A stretch of 63,969 nucleotides of DNA, the filler included, from Craspedostauros australis (Eukaryota): the NCBI GenBank assembly GCA_030167865.1. It is 5 parts of 5 records of this genome, joined end to end, with 100 filler letters (N's around TTAATTAATTAA, not from the genome) between each part and the next. Parts side by side here need not be neighbours in the genome. Positions count along the whole stretch, not along the records: positions 1 to 30,320 come from JALAGF010000580.1; 4 more parts are not named here. One strand, 5' to 3'. The position numbers and the translations under genes are program-made. Numbering within the stretch: the first letter of the stretch is position 1; every line of letters starts with the position of its first letter. Positions 11,495-22,218 of the stretch are shown here, one piece after another. The notes under the pieces were generated by a model that worked only from the letters and a program-made list of their open reading frames with translations, did no database searches and was not told where the DNA came from.

Positions 11495-13846
11495 CTACCG
11501 GCGATCCTTCTTCTTCTTCGACTTGTCCTTCTTCGATTTCTTCTCATCGTCTCCGTCGCCGCGTTTTCCGCCGCTGCTGCCACCGGAAAGACTCAGTTGC
11601 GACAGCCGGCTCATCACGGGTTCCAGCTCTTCGAATCGGTCCTTGGCCAGTTGGAATCCTTGTCGTTTCAGCTCCTTGTTGGACAGCTCGTTGTCGCCAT
11701 CTTGGAACATGGACGCGGCCTCCGCGTTCCAGTACTGGTTGGTGCGGGAGTAGAATTCGGCCAAGGATTCATCGGGATTGGGCGTCCGGTTGCTATCGTC
11801 GAGGCCGTACTTCACGTTCAGTTCGGCTATTTCTTGTTTCAGCCCCGAACGTTTCTTGGTCTTGGACGATGGCGCGCCTTCTTCGTCGTCATCATCATCT
11901 AAGTCATCATCGTCGTCATCGCCATCTTCCTTGCCCGTGCTGATGTAACTATCGTCATCATCATTGACGGCACCACGCCATACCTGCTTGTGCATCGTGC
12001 CGGCCCAGAGGCAGTCCCATGCCTCGCGCTTCTTCAGATCCAACGACCACATGTCATCCAACGTCACTTCGCGGTCACCGACTTCCAAAATACCACCCAG
12101 CAAGTACAGCGTGTGACCTTGCAGCAGGGCCGATGCGTTGATGCGCGGCAATGGTTCGTGACGCGCCACGGCTTCGGGTTGGTTCGTTTCGTTGTTCATC
12201 ACCATGACGGATGACGCCGTGATCTTTTTGGAGGATGGCGGGGATCCCACGATTGTGACGGTCTTGTTGTTGGCGGTATTGAGTTTGGTGTCTTCATCTT
12301 CTTCTTTGGTCTCTTCTTTTTCTTCCTCCTTTTCTTCTTCTTCTTCTTCTTCTTCACTGTCGTCGGCTTTGGTCTCTTCCTGTTCTTCCGCTGTGGCAGT
12401 ATCCTTCTTACTTGCATCAGCCCCACCATTGCCATCTTCTTCCTCGTCGTCCTCGATCTTTTCGTAAATGATGTTGCCATCTCCATCGACGAAGGCAAAC
12501 ATGTTGGCGCGCAGCATATCGAGATCCCATCCCGTTGCTTCCTGCTGGTTGTCTGGATCATCATCGTCTGCATCCTCCTCTAATTCCAAGTCAGAATTAT
12601 CATCGTCATCATCATCGCCGTCGTTGTTGTTGTTGTTGTCATCATCGCTATTGTCATCCTCCACATCGCCATCGCCATCGCCCTTGGCCTTGCGCCGCCG
12701 ACGACCACCAGCATTCTTCTTCTGCTTGACGGACAGCGGAAACCACTTGCGCCGATCCGTGTCCAACGCGATGAGATCGTTGTAAAACACGCTCTCCACC
12801 TTGTGATGATGATGCTCCGAATCCACGACACCACCGTACACCAGCATGCGATTCTTGTAGGACACGGACGACGTGCCGGCCCGTCCGTTGGGCGTCGCCT
12901 TGCCCACCGCCTTGGACGACGACATCCACCGCTCCCACGTCGGCGGTTGATTCTGCAACAGCGGCGCCACGTGCAGCACCCACGTATCGGAATGGACCTT
13001 GCTCTCGACGGTGGCCGTCTTGAGCTTGGAAAAACCGCCATGCAACACGATCTTATCGGACCCGAACAACGCCATGTTGCACGCGCTGCGCGGTTCGGGA
13101 CGCGCGGCCAACCGCGACGGCGGCGGCAGATCCATCCACGTCTCCGTCTGCAGATGGAAGACGTGCACGTCGTTGTACCACTTCGTCTCGCGGGCCGCCT
13201 CGAAGAATCCGCCAAAGACGATCATGTAGGATTTCCAGACGAGCACGGCATGTCCCGACCGCGCCGACGGCGGATTGCGGGCCTTGATCTCGGTCCACGT
13301 GAGGTCCTGCACGTTGAATTTCCAGAGATCGCGGTAATGGTGATACTCGTCGGACGACGCCATCTCGCCGCCAAAGACGTAGAGGTTGTGCTTGTAGGCG
13401 ACGCAGGAATGGGCGCAGCGCGGTGCGGGACGTTGCGTGGCGTCGCCGACGAGCTGCTTCCATTCCTGCTTCTGCGCATCGTAACGCAGCAGGTCGTCCA
13501 GCACGATCGTCTCGACGCCATCGAAGTACTCTCCGCCGAAGAGGTAGAGATGATCCTTCTTCTCGTCGACGCAGCATTCCAACGTCGCGTTGGCCCTGGC
13601 CAAGGGGAAGGCGCCGTCGATGGATTCCCACGTCGTGGAGACCGTGTTGTTCGTGTCCTGTCGCTTGTAGGCCTGCAGGACGGCGTCGAAGGCGGTATCG
13701 TCGTCGTCATCCATCGCGGCCGCATCCTTGCCCTGCTGCTTGGCGAGGCGCTTGCGTGCCTTCTTGTCCTGTTTGGCATCCTTCTTGGCTTGCAAGGCTG
13801 CCTTCTTCTCGGCGTCCTGCTTCTTTCCTTTCTTGTTCTTTCCCAT
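11495..13846 (-). CDS. KLHDC4: Kelch domain-containing protein 4 (Kel3-like) with C-terminal DUF4110-type region
   Basis: Lys-rich N-terminus MGKNKKGKK; kelch repeats (LYLFGGEYFDG, PAPRCAHS, PSARSGH, IVFGGF, PEPRSAC); LYLLGGILEVGDREVTLDDMWSLDL; C-terminal TPNPDESLAEFYSRTNQYW...KELKRQGFQLAKDRF. Confidence 0.9.
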   Translation of the reverse strand: MGKNKKGKKQDAEKKAALQAKKDAKQDKKARKRLAKQQGKDAAAMDDDDDTAFDAVLQAYKRQDTNNTVSTTWESIDGAFPLARANATLECCVDEKKDHLYLFGGEYFDGVETIVLDDLLRYDAQKQEWKQLVGDATQRPAPRCAHSCVAYKHNLYVFGGEMASSDEYHHYRDLWKFNVQDLTWTEIKARNPPSARSGHAVLVWKSYMIVFGGFFEAARETKWYNDVHVFHLQTETWMDLPPPSRLAARPEPRSACNMALFGSDKIVLHGGFSKLKTATVESKVHSDTWVLHVAPLLQNQPPTWERWMSSSKAVGKATPNGRAGTSSVSYKNRMLVYGGVVDSEHHHHKVESVFYNDLIALDTDRRKWFPLSVKQKKNAGGRRRRKAKGDGDGDVEDDNSDDDNNNNNDGDDDDDDNSDLELEEDADDDDPDNQQEATGWDLDMLRANMFAFVDGDGNIIYEKIEDDEEEDGNGGADASKKDTATAEEQEETKADDSEEEEEEEEKEEEKEETKEEDEDTKLNTANNKTVTIVGSPPSSKKITASSVMVMNNETNQPEAVARHEPLPRINASALLQGHTLYLLGGILEVGDREVTLDDMWSLDLKKREAWDCLWAGTMHKQVWRGAVNDDDDSYISTGKEDGDDDDDDLDDDDDEEGAPSSKTKKRSGLKQEIAELNVKYGLDDSNRTPNPDESLAEFYSRTNQYWNAEAASMFQDGDNELSNKELKRQGFQLAKDRFEELEPVMSRLSQLSLSGGSSGGKRGDGDDEKKSKKDKSKKKKDRR

Positions 13847-15501
13847 GGTGGCTTTCTTGTTTTGGTTTGGATTGGATTGGGTTAGCTTGGGTTAGCTTGG
13901 GTTGTCAGTTGTATTGGAGCAGAGCGGATGGGTTGGATCGCGGACCTCATTAATTGTGATCTTTCTCTTTGAAGATCAGAGTGTGTGTTGTCACAGAACA
14001 AACAAGATCTCATCCCGCTCTCTTGCTTCGTTCGATTTGTTTGGTTTGGATTCGTTTGGTGCTCACTGTTGGCGTCTTGCCATGCACCCGTATTTGTTCG
14101 GAGCAGTCGAAGACGCGAACATTCGACCGAGAGGTGTCAGCCAAAGGGTGTGATGTGGCGAAGACGCGAAGAGAACATAGTCCTACGTCATCCAATCGGA
14201 TGTCTGGTTGTTAAGTATGGCGAAAGCGCCCACTGTCGCATTCGGTGCTCTCATCCAATCAGAAAGATGCATGGTACACATGTCAGCGGAGTAACTTCGC
14301 CTCGAGCCTTTTTCGTTGAAGAATCGCCATTCGCACCGGGTTCGTTGGTGTGGTTGATCGTGTTTCATGAGTGTTGCAGCGCATGACGTTGGCTTGAGAT
14401 CGGTTCTTCGTCTTCCACTTCTCTCTGCTTGTGCGCGATTTGTGTGGTTCGGGAGTTGTCGCGATTGTCGTTGATGTTGTCACTCACTCCGTGTGAGCGG
14501 AGTAGGGAAGGTACGTACGAGGTATTCGTGTGGAGTGCGATGTCTTCCGCCTTTCTCCTCTCGCTGTTTTGGCGTCACTGTTGTTCTTCTTTCTCTCTGT
14601 TTCTGCACCGTCCAATCAGTCCCCCATTCGACCATACAATCATACCTTCGTTGCTTCCTTCGTCTTCGTATTCGTCTCTCGCTCTCTTGTTGGCAACGTT
14701 GACACATTCAATTGCATTCACTTGCGGAAGTCCAAACACTCCTCTCTCCATCACATGCTGCAACTACTCCATTCGATTGAACTGCGTCGGATTGGATGGA
14801 TTGGAAGCATCAGTACGTCGGAGTGAAGCCACATTGACATCTCCTTGACAACCACAACGGAGACAGCCACAACAGAGACAACATCAACAGAGAGACAAAA
14901 CAGAACACAGCAACGTGGAACGAAAGCAACACACATCCTCATTCTCCGACGACATCGACAAAAGCACCTGTTGAGACAACACCAACTGCAACCCCTCCTT
15001 CCATTCATTCGACTCTATTCAACTCTATTCTATACCGTGAGTCCACTCTGATGGGATGCCTTGATTGATGCTTGCACCATCTCCAATCGGCCGACCTGCT
15101 GCCGTTGCTTGCGATGCTTCTGCGCCTGACACCTCTCCGCGGCGGTCGTGAGGCGCGTTCGTCAGTCCGGTCGACGTCTTCTTGTTCCGATCAGGATGGT
15201 TCCACCAGATTCCACTTCCACTTGCACGGAGAGAACACGCTGTGACGTGATTGTTCTCAGATCGTCTTGCTTCTCTCCTTGCATCATCGTTGCCTACCAT
15301 TAGGTACAGTTGCTGCACAATGCATTGATGGCGGCGGACTTCTTTCGCTCATTCTTCTCCCATTTCACAACTCTCGTTCATCCCATCTCATCTCATTGGT
15401 GCCTTCCACCTCATTCCATTCATACATTCATCCATCCACCCACCATCTCATTCCATTATTTCCTTCTCTATACATCACATCACAGGCACCGCACCAATTG
15501 A

Positions 15502-15639
15502 ATGCTCTACGGCCTGCCACCACTACTACACCTGCAAACAGAGGAGACAACATCGCAAAGAGTATTGGCAGTACCCATCCATCCAAGTGAAGAAGTCTCT
15601 CCAAGTGAAGCCACAGTGCGACCAGCAAGGAACAAATAG
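15502..15639 (+). other. Candidate upstream ORF (45 aa) in the leader of the HSF gene
   Basis: ATG at 15502 to TAG at 15637-15639 (MLYGLPPLLHLQTEETTSQRVLAVPIHPSEEVSPSEATVRPARNK), ending 101 nt before the HSF ATG. Whether it is transcribed is inferred. Confidence 0.3.
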
Positions 15640-15740
15640 TTGATCGCCATCGTGTCATCATCGCGCCATCGCATCACATCGCATCACATCATACAAGAGT
15701 AGCTCATCGCATCGTAACTCATCCCCTGGAACAACCCACC

Positions 15741-18053
15741 ATGGCAGGCAATCAGCACGAATCGGCGCAGGCCATCACTGGCGGACAGCTGCAGCAGCAG
15801 AAGCACGCACCCGCCCCCGGCCGGCGCCGAATGAGCGGCCTCGACATGATCACCAGGGCAATGATTCTGTCCGAAACGAAGCCCATCAAGTCTGGTGCTC
15901 CAGCCACCGCCAAGCCACAGCAGAAACCACCTGTGACGCACATCCTCCCAGCACCTGCCTCCACGTCTCCACCTGCTTCTGCGACTTCGGCACCAGCAGC
16001 GGACACAAAACGACGCCCATCACCGCATTGGGTCTCGCCCGCCTCCTCCATTCACAATGGCAACGAAGGAGCGCCATCGTCCGCAACTGCAGCACCTTTC
16101 TTCACAGGCAGCACCGCGCCTCCGACCACAGCGGCCGCTCCAACGAAGCCATCATCGGCAGCACCACCCTCCAACCAACGTCAGGACGCCATTCTCCGAG
16201 CGGCCGCCTCCCTCATCTCGCCAGCCATGTACCCGCAGTCCACAGAAAGCATCAATGCCGCCGCCGTCATCTCGTCGCCCATGACGTTCCCAGGCAAACT
16301 CTACGAGATGCTCGAGGCCGCCGAATCCTGCGGGTTCGATAACGTCGTCAGCTGGCAGGATGCGGGACGTTCCTTCAAGGTCCACGACGCGCGTGTCTTT
16401 GTCAACAGCATCATGACGAAGTACTTCCGGCAGACCAAGTACAAGAGCTTCCAAAGGCAGCTCAATCTCTACAACTTCTCCCGCATCACGACGTTGGGGT
16501 CGCCCTACAAGGGTGGCTACTCGCATCCGCACTTTGTGCGCGGGCATCCCGATCTGTTGCATCGCATCAATCGCGTTGGGAATAACAGCAACAACGGGAA
16601 CAACAGTGCAGCTGGTGGCGGTGCAGTCAACACCACCAGTGCAGCACCCGGCACTACCACCACTACCGCCAACAACGACACCGCCAATACAAGTGCCACA
16701 TCCGCCATGGAAACCACGGGCGCCGTCAAGCCCCTTGCCTCCTATTCGGCACAAGCCATCGCCCAAACCCGCGCGACGCAAGACGAAGCACTGCAGATGT
16801 CCTTCCACACGGCGGCCTCCTCCAAACTGGCGCAAACCGGCAACCCCGTCTCGTCCCACATCGCCACGTTGCGCGATGCGCGCAAGCGTTCCAGAAGCGC
16901 CAGCAGCGATGCCACGGACAGCATCTCCTCCATCCAGATACTGGCGGCCGCCAACCAGATCCTGGCCGCGCAGAACATCAACCAACTGTCGCCCAACGTC
17001 CTCTCCGTCCTGCTGTCGCAACGCGTCGATCCACCCGAAGCGCCCGTCGTCATTCTGCCCAACACTTTGGCACCGTCCGACGCGTCCTCGCTGGCCAACC
17101 GGCTGCCACGTCGCGCCAGTTTGCAAGAACAGGAATCCGATGCGCAGGAGCTCATCCTGTCGGAATGCAAATTCCCATGGAAACTGCACGACATGCTCGA
17201 CGTCGCGGAGTCGACGCCCCAGTTCCATTCCATCATGGGCTGGCAGAAGATGGAAGCGTCCGATAGCCAGTGGGCCTTCCAGGTGCACGATCCCGATCGT
17301 TTCGTCAAGGAGCTGCTGCCGCTCTTCTTCAAACAGACCAAGTTCAAGTCCTTCCTGCGCCAGCTCAACTTGTACGGCTTCGTCCGCATCGCGACGGGTT
17401 TCTACAAGGGATGCTACGCGCATCCCAACTTCGTCAAGGGCAACCGCACCTTGTGTCGTCACATGGTGCGGCAAAATCGCAACGGCCGCCGATTCTCGTC
17501 GACCGTCTCGCTGTCGGATGAAGGCAAGGCCATCGCCAGCGATTCATCTGAAACGACATCGGACAACAACGACGCAATGAACACCACGACCGACAGCATC
17601 ATCGACACGATCCTGCAGGACTGCCGCACGTCGAAGGACTTCGATACGCAACGCCACGTGCCCAACCTCGCCACGCCGGAACAGCTGCTGGAATTGCTGC
17701 AGCATGCCGCGCAGCAACCGCAGGCACCCAACGACAGGACCTTCCAACGGTTGGCGTCGCTGACGGCCGATGCTTGCGAGCATTTTCATGCTCAATCCAA
17801 GCTGGACGCCACGATGTTGCTGCAGTGCCTCAACCATCTGCCCATCACGATGGAATGCATCGCCATTTTGAAATTCCTAGTGCTGAGCCAGCACAACGAT
17901 TTTGCGGCGCACGTCCCGAAGCCGCTGCTGCAGCTGCTGACCCATTCCGCGGCATGCCAATGGAGGACGATGGCCAAGACGCAGCGCGTCGAGTTTTATT
18001 TGAATCAGCTGCCGCCGCCGGTGTTGAGTCAGATTTTGATGCAGTTGATGTAA
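15741..18053 (+). CDS. Heat-shock-factor-type transcription factor with two HSF DNA-binding domains
   Basis: Domain 1 (~16287-16575): FPGKLYEML...SW...SFKVHD...KYFRQTKYKSFQRQLNLYNF...HPHFVRG. Domain 2 (~17172-17471): FPWKLHDML...FFKQTKFKSFLRQLNLYGF...HPNFVKG. Confidence 0.93.
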   Translation: MAGNQHESAQAITGGQLQQQKHAPAPGRRRMSGLDMITRAMILSETKPIKSGAPATAKPQQKPPVTHILPAPASTSPPASATSAPAADTKRRPSPHWVSPASSIHNGNEGAPSSATAAPFFTGSTAPPTTAAAPTKPSSAAPPSNQRQDAILRAAASLISPAMYPQSTESINAAAVISSPMTFPGKLYEMLEAAESCGFDNVVSWQDAGRSFKVHDARVFVNSIMTKYFRQTKYKSFQRQLNLYNFSRITTLGSPYKGGYSHPHFVRGHPDLLHRINRVGNNSNNGNNSAAGGGAVNTTSAAPGTTTTTANNDTANTSATSAMETTGAVKPLASYSAQAIAQTRATQDEALQMSFHTAASSKLAQTGNPVSSHIATLRDARKRSRSASSDATDSISSIQILAAANQILAAQNINQLSPNVLSVLLSQRVDPPEAPVVILPNTLAPSDASSLANRLPRRASLQEQESDAQELILSECKFPWKLHDMLDVAESTPQFHSIMGWQKMEASDSQWAFQVHDPDRFVKELLPLFFKQTKFKSFLRQLNLYGFVRIATGFYKGCYAHPNFVKGNRTLCRHMVRQNRNGRRFSSTVSLSDEGKAIASDSSETTSDNNDAMNTTTDSIIDTILQDCRTSKDFDTQRHVPNLATPEQLLELLQHAAQQPQAPNDRTFQRLASLTADACEHFHAQSKLDATMLLQCLNHLPITMECIAILKFLVLSQHNDFAAHVPKPLLQLLTHSAACQWRTMAKTQRVEFYLNQLPPPVLSQILMQLM

Positions 18054-18616
18054 AGTGTTTCATGGAACTCTACTACGAGCCTGTACGCCCGTTATCTGCT
18101 ACACGTACATATAAGTCCTCCATCTTGTACGAACGGCAAACAGCAAGATCTCGTGCCAATACTGCCACGTGATGGACTTAATTCATGTCATAATAGCAAA
18201 TGTAAAACTGTAATTGTACTGATAATACCAAAGGATACTAAGAATGAGAGTTCACCCAAGCTTTCGCAATGCAAGTACGGTCGTAGCAGTTGTGATAATC
18301 GTCCTCCTGTCCCCTGCATCTATTGTTTGTAATCAACCGGATGCATGACGAGGTTGCTTGCGCTCACATTGCTCGAAGACTGAATTACTCTTCCTTGTTC
18401 CGAAACAAACCGGTCCAGAACAAGAGTATGTAGCGCAGAGTGTACCAAATCAATTGAGCAATCAGTGTGATGAGATGAGATGATGTGTGTCATGGCAATT
18501 GCAATACTCTCCAGAGACGAGGATGCATACATGCACGTACTAATGCACACGAACGCACACACGCACACACAGACAATGCAACTGCAACAGAAACAATAAG
18601 CTGATATCCTTCGAAA

Positions 18617-19867
18617 CTAACCTCTCATGACGCTGGATGCGACAACGCGGGGATGCTCGATGTCACCTTCTGCTATGAGCTCGGCCTTGATCACGCAGAG
18701 GAGACCGTACGTCTTGTTGCGCTTGACCTCCTGCGCCAGCAAGATGGCCTGATCACGATCGGCATTGCCCTTGATGGAGATGCGACTTTGTAGATGCGGA
18801 ATGTTGGTTTCGAAGGCGCCGATGAGAACGTGATTGCCATCTTCGTTGTGATCGTAGACCGAGACCTTGAGTGGCCAATCCTCGCGTCCGAAGCACAGCT
18901 TTTCGAGGTCGATGACAGTAGGGTCCCAGTACGGGTTGAGGTTGTTGTCGATGTGTTCGGAGCGGTAGACGACGTTCCAATTGACTTGGGCGATGTGGTG
19001 GTCGGCATTCTTTTTGGCAATCTCGAAGAAGGGGTCGGATCGGCCCAATCCGAATGGTCCGGGCTGTAGGTAGGTCGGTAAAGAGGCGGTTGCCAGCGAT
19101 GGGCGTTGGCCATGACGGAGTGAGGAAGTGTTTTTGGTGAGAAAAGGTGCAATGGGATGGTGCCGGAATGAGAGATGACATCATGGGCCCCTTTCTTGAC
19201 GCAGCCCAAGTCTGACCATCCAAATACACAGCAATAGCAATAGCAGTGGCAGCAGCAGCCGTAGCAGCAATAGCAATCGAAGAAGCGCCTTGCGAGTGCG
19301 ACAGAGGACCATGCGCAACACGATGGCAACCGCAATGACAACCACAATGACGATGAAAAGGCGTACCTCCACATTCTTCATATCCAACCCCCGCAGCTGC
19401 AACTTCATCTTGCCCCGCAGATCTCCCACGAAGGACTCTTCGATGTGGATATGCAGCTTGCCCCGCTTGCCGATATCCTCGGTGGAGTTCTTGCCTTGCG
19501 ACTGGTAGACCGACGTGGCCTCGAATTCGGCCGTGGCCATGAGGATGGGATCCAGACTGTCGTCGCCGCGCTGATCCCACACCGTGACGCGCAGCGGCAT
19601 GTTGATCTCGGGCGCCGTCTCGACGAAGAGGATCTCGCACCAGTCCGGACTGACCGTCTTGGAGATGGCCTCCGTCTGCCCCAGCAGCGTGCCGTCCTGC
19701 GGTCCGCCGATCACCTCAACTTTGGCGTACGGCGATGGCTTACTGAACCATGAGGTCTTGGGCAGGTTCTCCGCGAACAGGGATATCTGGAAGCGTTGCA
19801 GCGTGATGCCGCTGTCGCGTTTGGCCTTGCCCTTCCCTTTGCTCGACTTTCTCTTGTGTTTCGCCAT
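18617..19867 (-). CDS. Copine-like tandem C2-domain protein lacking a vWA domain; exons 19867-19367 and 19063-18617 (~315 aa)
   Basis: C2A: LFAENLP...PSPYAKV...GQTEAISKTVSPDW...LRVTVWD. GT-AG intron 19366-19064 joins KNVE|PGPFGLGRSDPFFEI. C2B: VYRSEHIDNNLNPYW...LKVSVYDHNEDGNHVLIGAFET, which is copine-like. Confidence 0.88.
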
Positions 19868-20476
19868 TTTGTATTCTCAACTCTGCTATTCTCCTATTCT
19901 CACTCTACTGTGTTCTTGTAGATGTGTTGCTGTTGCTGATTGAAAGTCAACGTCTCCGCAATGCAAGTGTATTGTAGTATATTATACGACCTAACAGACT
20001 GTCTGCAACCACAATGCACACCACTGGCAATCGAGTATAATATTATACGATCTATTATGTGATATAATAGATAATGCTATGATGTGATGTTGTACTTGTC
20101 ATCACTTGGATTGAGCACATGATGATGGAGCACATGGACTCGTCTTCTCTGTTGGTCGATGTTCTTGTGCGCAGCGTTCTTGTTGTTGGATTGGGTTCCG
20201 CAACGCATTCGCTGTGTGATGTTCGTGGCGAACTCTGCGCGCCAAAGTTGATACCTGCGAGGTCTAATCTACATCATCTTCGAGCTCTACCGCACGAATC
20301 ACTGTTCATTCGTGGATACAGACATCACAAGAGAGAGAGAGAACGTGTGTGTGTTGCGAACCCTCTCGAGATCGTGTTGCTTGCCGCAGAGCATCAACAA
20401 AGGGACGATCACCATGGTCCATACTATTCTAATAGTACAGCACAGAGAATATTTCAATGTTGTTTACTCTATTCAT

Positions 20477-21814
20477 CTATTGCAACGCAGCGACTGCGCC
20501 GTCAGCGATGCCATTCAACTCCTCCAAGTACTCATCGTCGAAAGCTCCTGTATCGGCTCCCCACCGCGCTCGAATATTGAGGATACCATCCAGCAAGGTC
20601 TGCTTCTTGGCGAACTTGTCTTCCTTCCAACAGTACGGCGCCAGCGCCTTGGTCGTTTGCAGCGCCGTGACGACGAACGGCGTTGATGTTGGTGCTTGTG
20701 GCATCGTCATCATGCGGTGCGCAAAGTCGCACCATTCCCGCGATGCGAAACACTGCGTGATGAGACTGTCCTGGCTCTGCTTTTGCTGTGCCGACAATCC
20801 TTCGACTTCTTGATCCCACGCAACGTCCGACACGATGTCGCCGGCCAGCGCCAACAATCGCTGCATGAGTTTGGGATGATCGGATGTGGATGCCAAGAGC
20901 TCGTGCATGTCATGCGTGTTGGCATTGCAGAACTGGAGCTGCGCCAGACGATTGCCGCGCAGCATGCTGCCCAGGGCGTACATTGCCTTTTCTCGCAATC
21001 GCAGTTGTTCGTCATTGTCATTGTTGGATTGGCGCAACAAGGCCATCGTCAGATCCATGGCGTTGTGCTGTCCCACGGATTCCACCGCGTACGATGCGAA
21101 TTCCCCCGTGTTCTTCACCATCGTTCCGATGGCCCACGCCGCGTATCGTTGGATGCGCAGTTTGTTGGTGACGTTCGTCGCATTGACCGCGTGCGCATCA
21201 TCGCGCAACAGCGACACTAGCAACGGCCAACCACCCAACGTGTGGAAATCGCGTGCCATATCAATATCGCTGAGATGGTATTCCAGATCCTCGAGCACCT
21301 CCACCAGATCCTTGATGGGATCCTGCAAGTAGTCGCGAATGTCTCGAATGCGCATCTTCAAGACCTCGGGTAGATCGATGGTCTCCAATTCGAGCAATTC
21401 CTGCTGACGCTGTTTCCAAATTGCGGCCAACCGCTCTTCGAAGATCTTGCGTGCTTCAGGTGACATCGTCTCCTTGCGCGGCAGTCCGCCGAATCGATCT
21501 TGTTCTTCTTGCGGCAACTTGGATAACGTGCGATGCATCATGTCGTAGTCGTACGATGGCTTGTCGCTGGTCTGCGACGTCTCCACCATGCCGGTCTCCG
21601 CATCGATCGTCGCGACGGCCGAGGTATCTTGCTCGTCCGGAAGCTTGACCCACTTTTCACCCGTCGTCATGTCCATGCGCACGTGCATGCCTGCCGCGAT
21701 GGTGTCATTGTCGCCGAGGAGCTGCCATTCTTGGGTTGCCTCGATTTCGCGGGCCTGCACGAACGTGACGGCGGCGGCGGCGCAACAGCAGAGAAGGAGG
21801 GTTGATTTGATCAT
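20477..21814 (-). CDS. SIL1: ER Hsp70 (BiP) nucleotide-exchange factor SIL1
   Basis: Signal peptide; SIL1 N-terminal motif ATQEWQLL...IAAGMHVRMDMTTGEKWVKL; Fes1/ARM core LEDLEYHLSDIDMARDFHTLGGW, AAWAIGTMVKN, KAMYALGSMLRGN. Confidence 0.88.
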   Translation of the reverse strand: MIKSTLLLCCCAAAAVTFVQAREIEATQEWQLLGDNDTIAAGMHVRMDMTTGEKWVKLPDEQDTSAVATIDAETGMVETSQTSDKPSYDYDMMHRTLSKLPQEEQDRFGGLPRKETMSPEARKIFEERLAAIWKQRQQELLELETIDLPEVLKMRIRDIRDYLQDPIKDLVEVLEDLEYHLSDIDMARDFHTLGGWPLLVSLLRDDAHAVNATNVTNKLRIQRYAAWAIGTMVKNTGEFASYAVESVGQHNAMDLTMALLRQSNNDNDEQLRLREKAMYALGSMLRGNRLAQLQFCNANTHDMHELLASTSDHPKLMQRLLALAGDIVSDVAWDQEVEGLSAQQKQSQDSLITQCFASREWCDFAHRMMTMPQAPTSTPFVVTALQTTKALAPYCWKEDKFAKKQTLLDGILNIRARWGADTGAFDDEYLEELNGIADGAVAALQ

Positions 21815-21939
21815 TGTGTTGTTTGTGCGAGGAGATTATGTTGTGTGTTGTTTGTACGTACGCATGAATAGATGGATGAATAGATGGATGGAAGATCCAA
21901 TTGTGAGAACAATGCGTGGGTGGTTGCCTGTGCACCTTT

Positions 21940-21998
21940 GATCCGATGCGATGCGATGTGATGCGATGTGATCCGATGTTATGTGATCTGATGTGATG
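21940..21998. repeat. Degenerate pentanucleotide microsatellite (GATSY)~12, upstream of SIL1
   Basis: gatcc gatgc gatgc gatgt gatgc gatgt gatcc gatgt tatgt gatct gatgt gatg read directly. Confidence 0.8.
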
Positions 21999-22210
21999 GG
22001 TTGAGCATTGTTTCATGCGTCGCGATGACCCAAAGAAAAATGAAACGTTGGTTGATGGGTTTGGAATTGTGGACGTGTCACGAGTTGTGCACGACTCCAC
22101 GTGGAAGACATTCATTATTTCTCCGGATCACGGCACAATTCAGGAAGGGCTTTAATTGAAGGTATCATAATCGTCCTTCACGAGTGCGTCATCAGTATTC
22201 GATCGCCAGC

Positions 22211-22218
22211 CCACGTCA
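22211..22218 (-). promoter_or_regulatory. Putative UPRE/bZIP site TGACGTGG ~400 bp upstream of SIL1
   Basis: CCACGTCA on +. Further ACGT cores nearby: ACGTGTCA at 22073-22080 and CCACGTGG at 22097-22104. Function is inferred. Confidence 0.3.

Noticed and set aside
9632..17474. Long antisense ORFs (434, 360, 440 aa) opposite real genes
   Set aside because: Expected from the high-GC3 codon bias of the sense genes.
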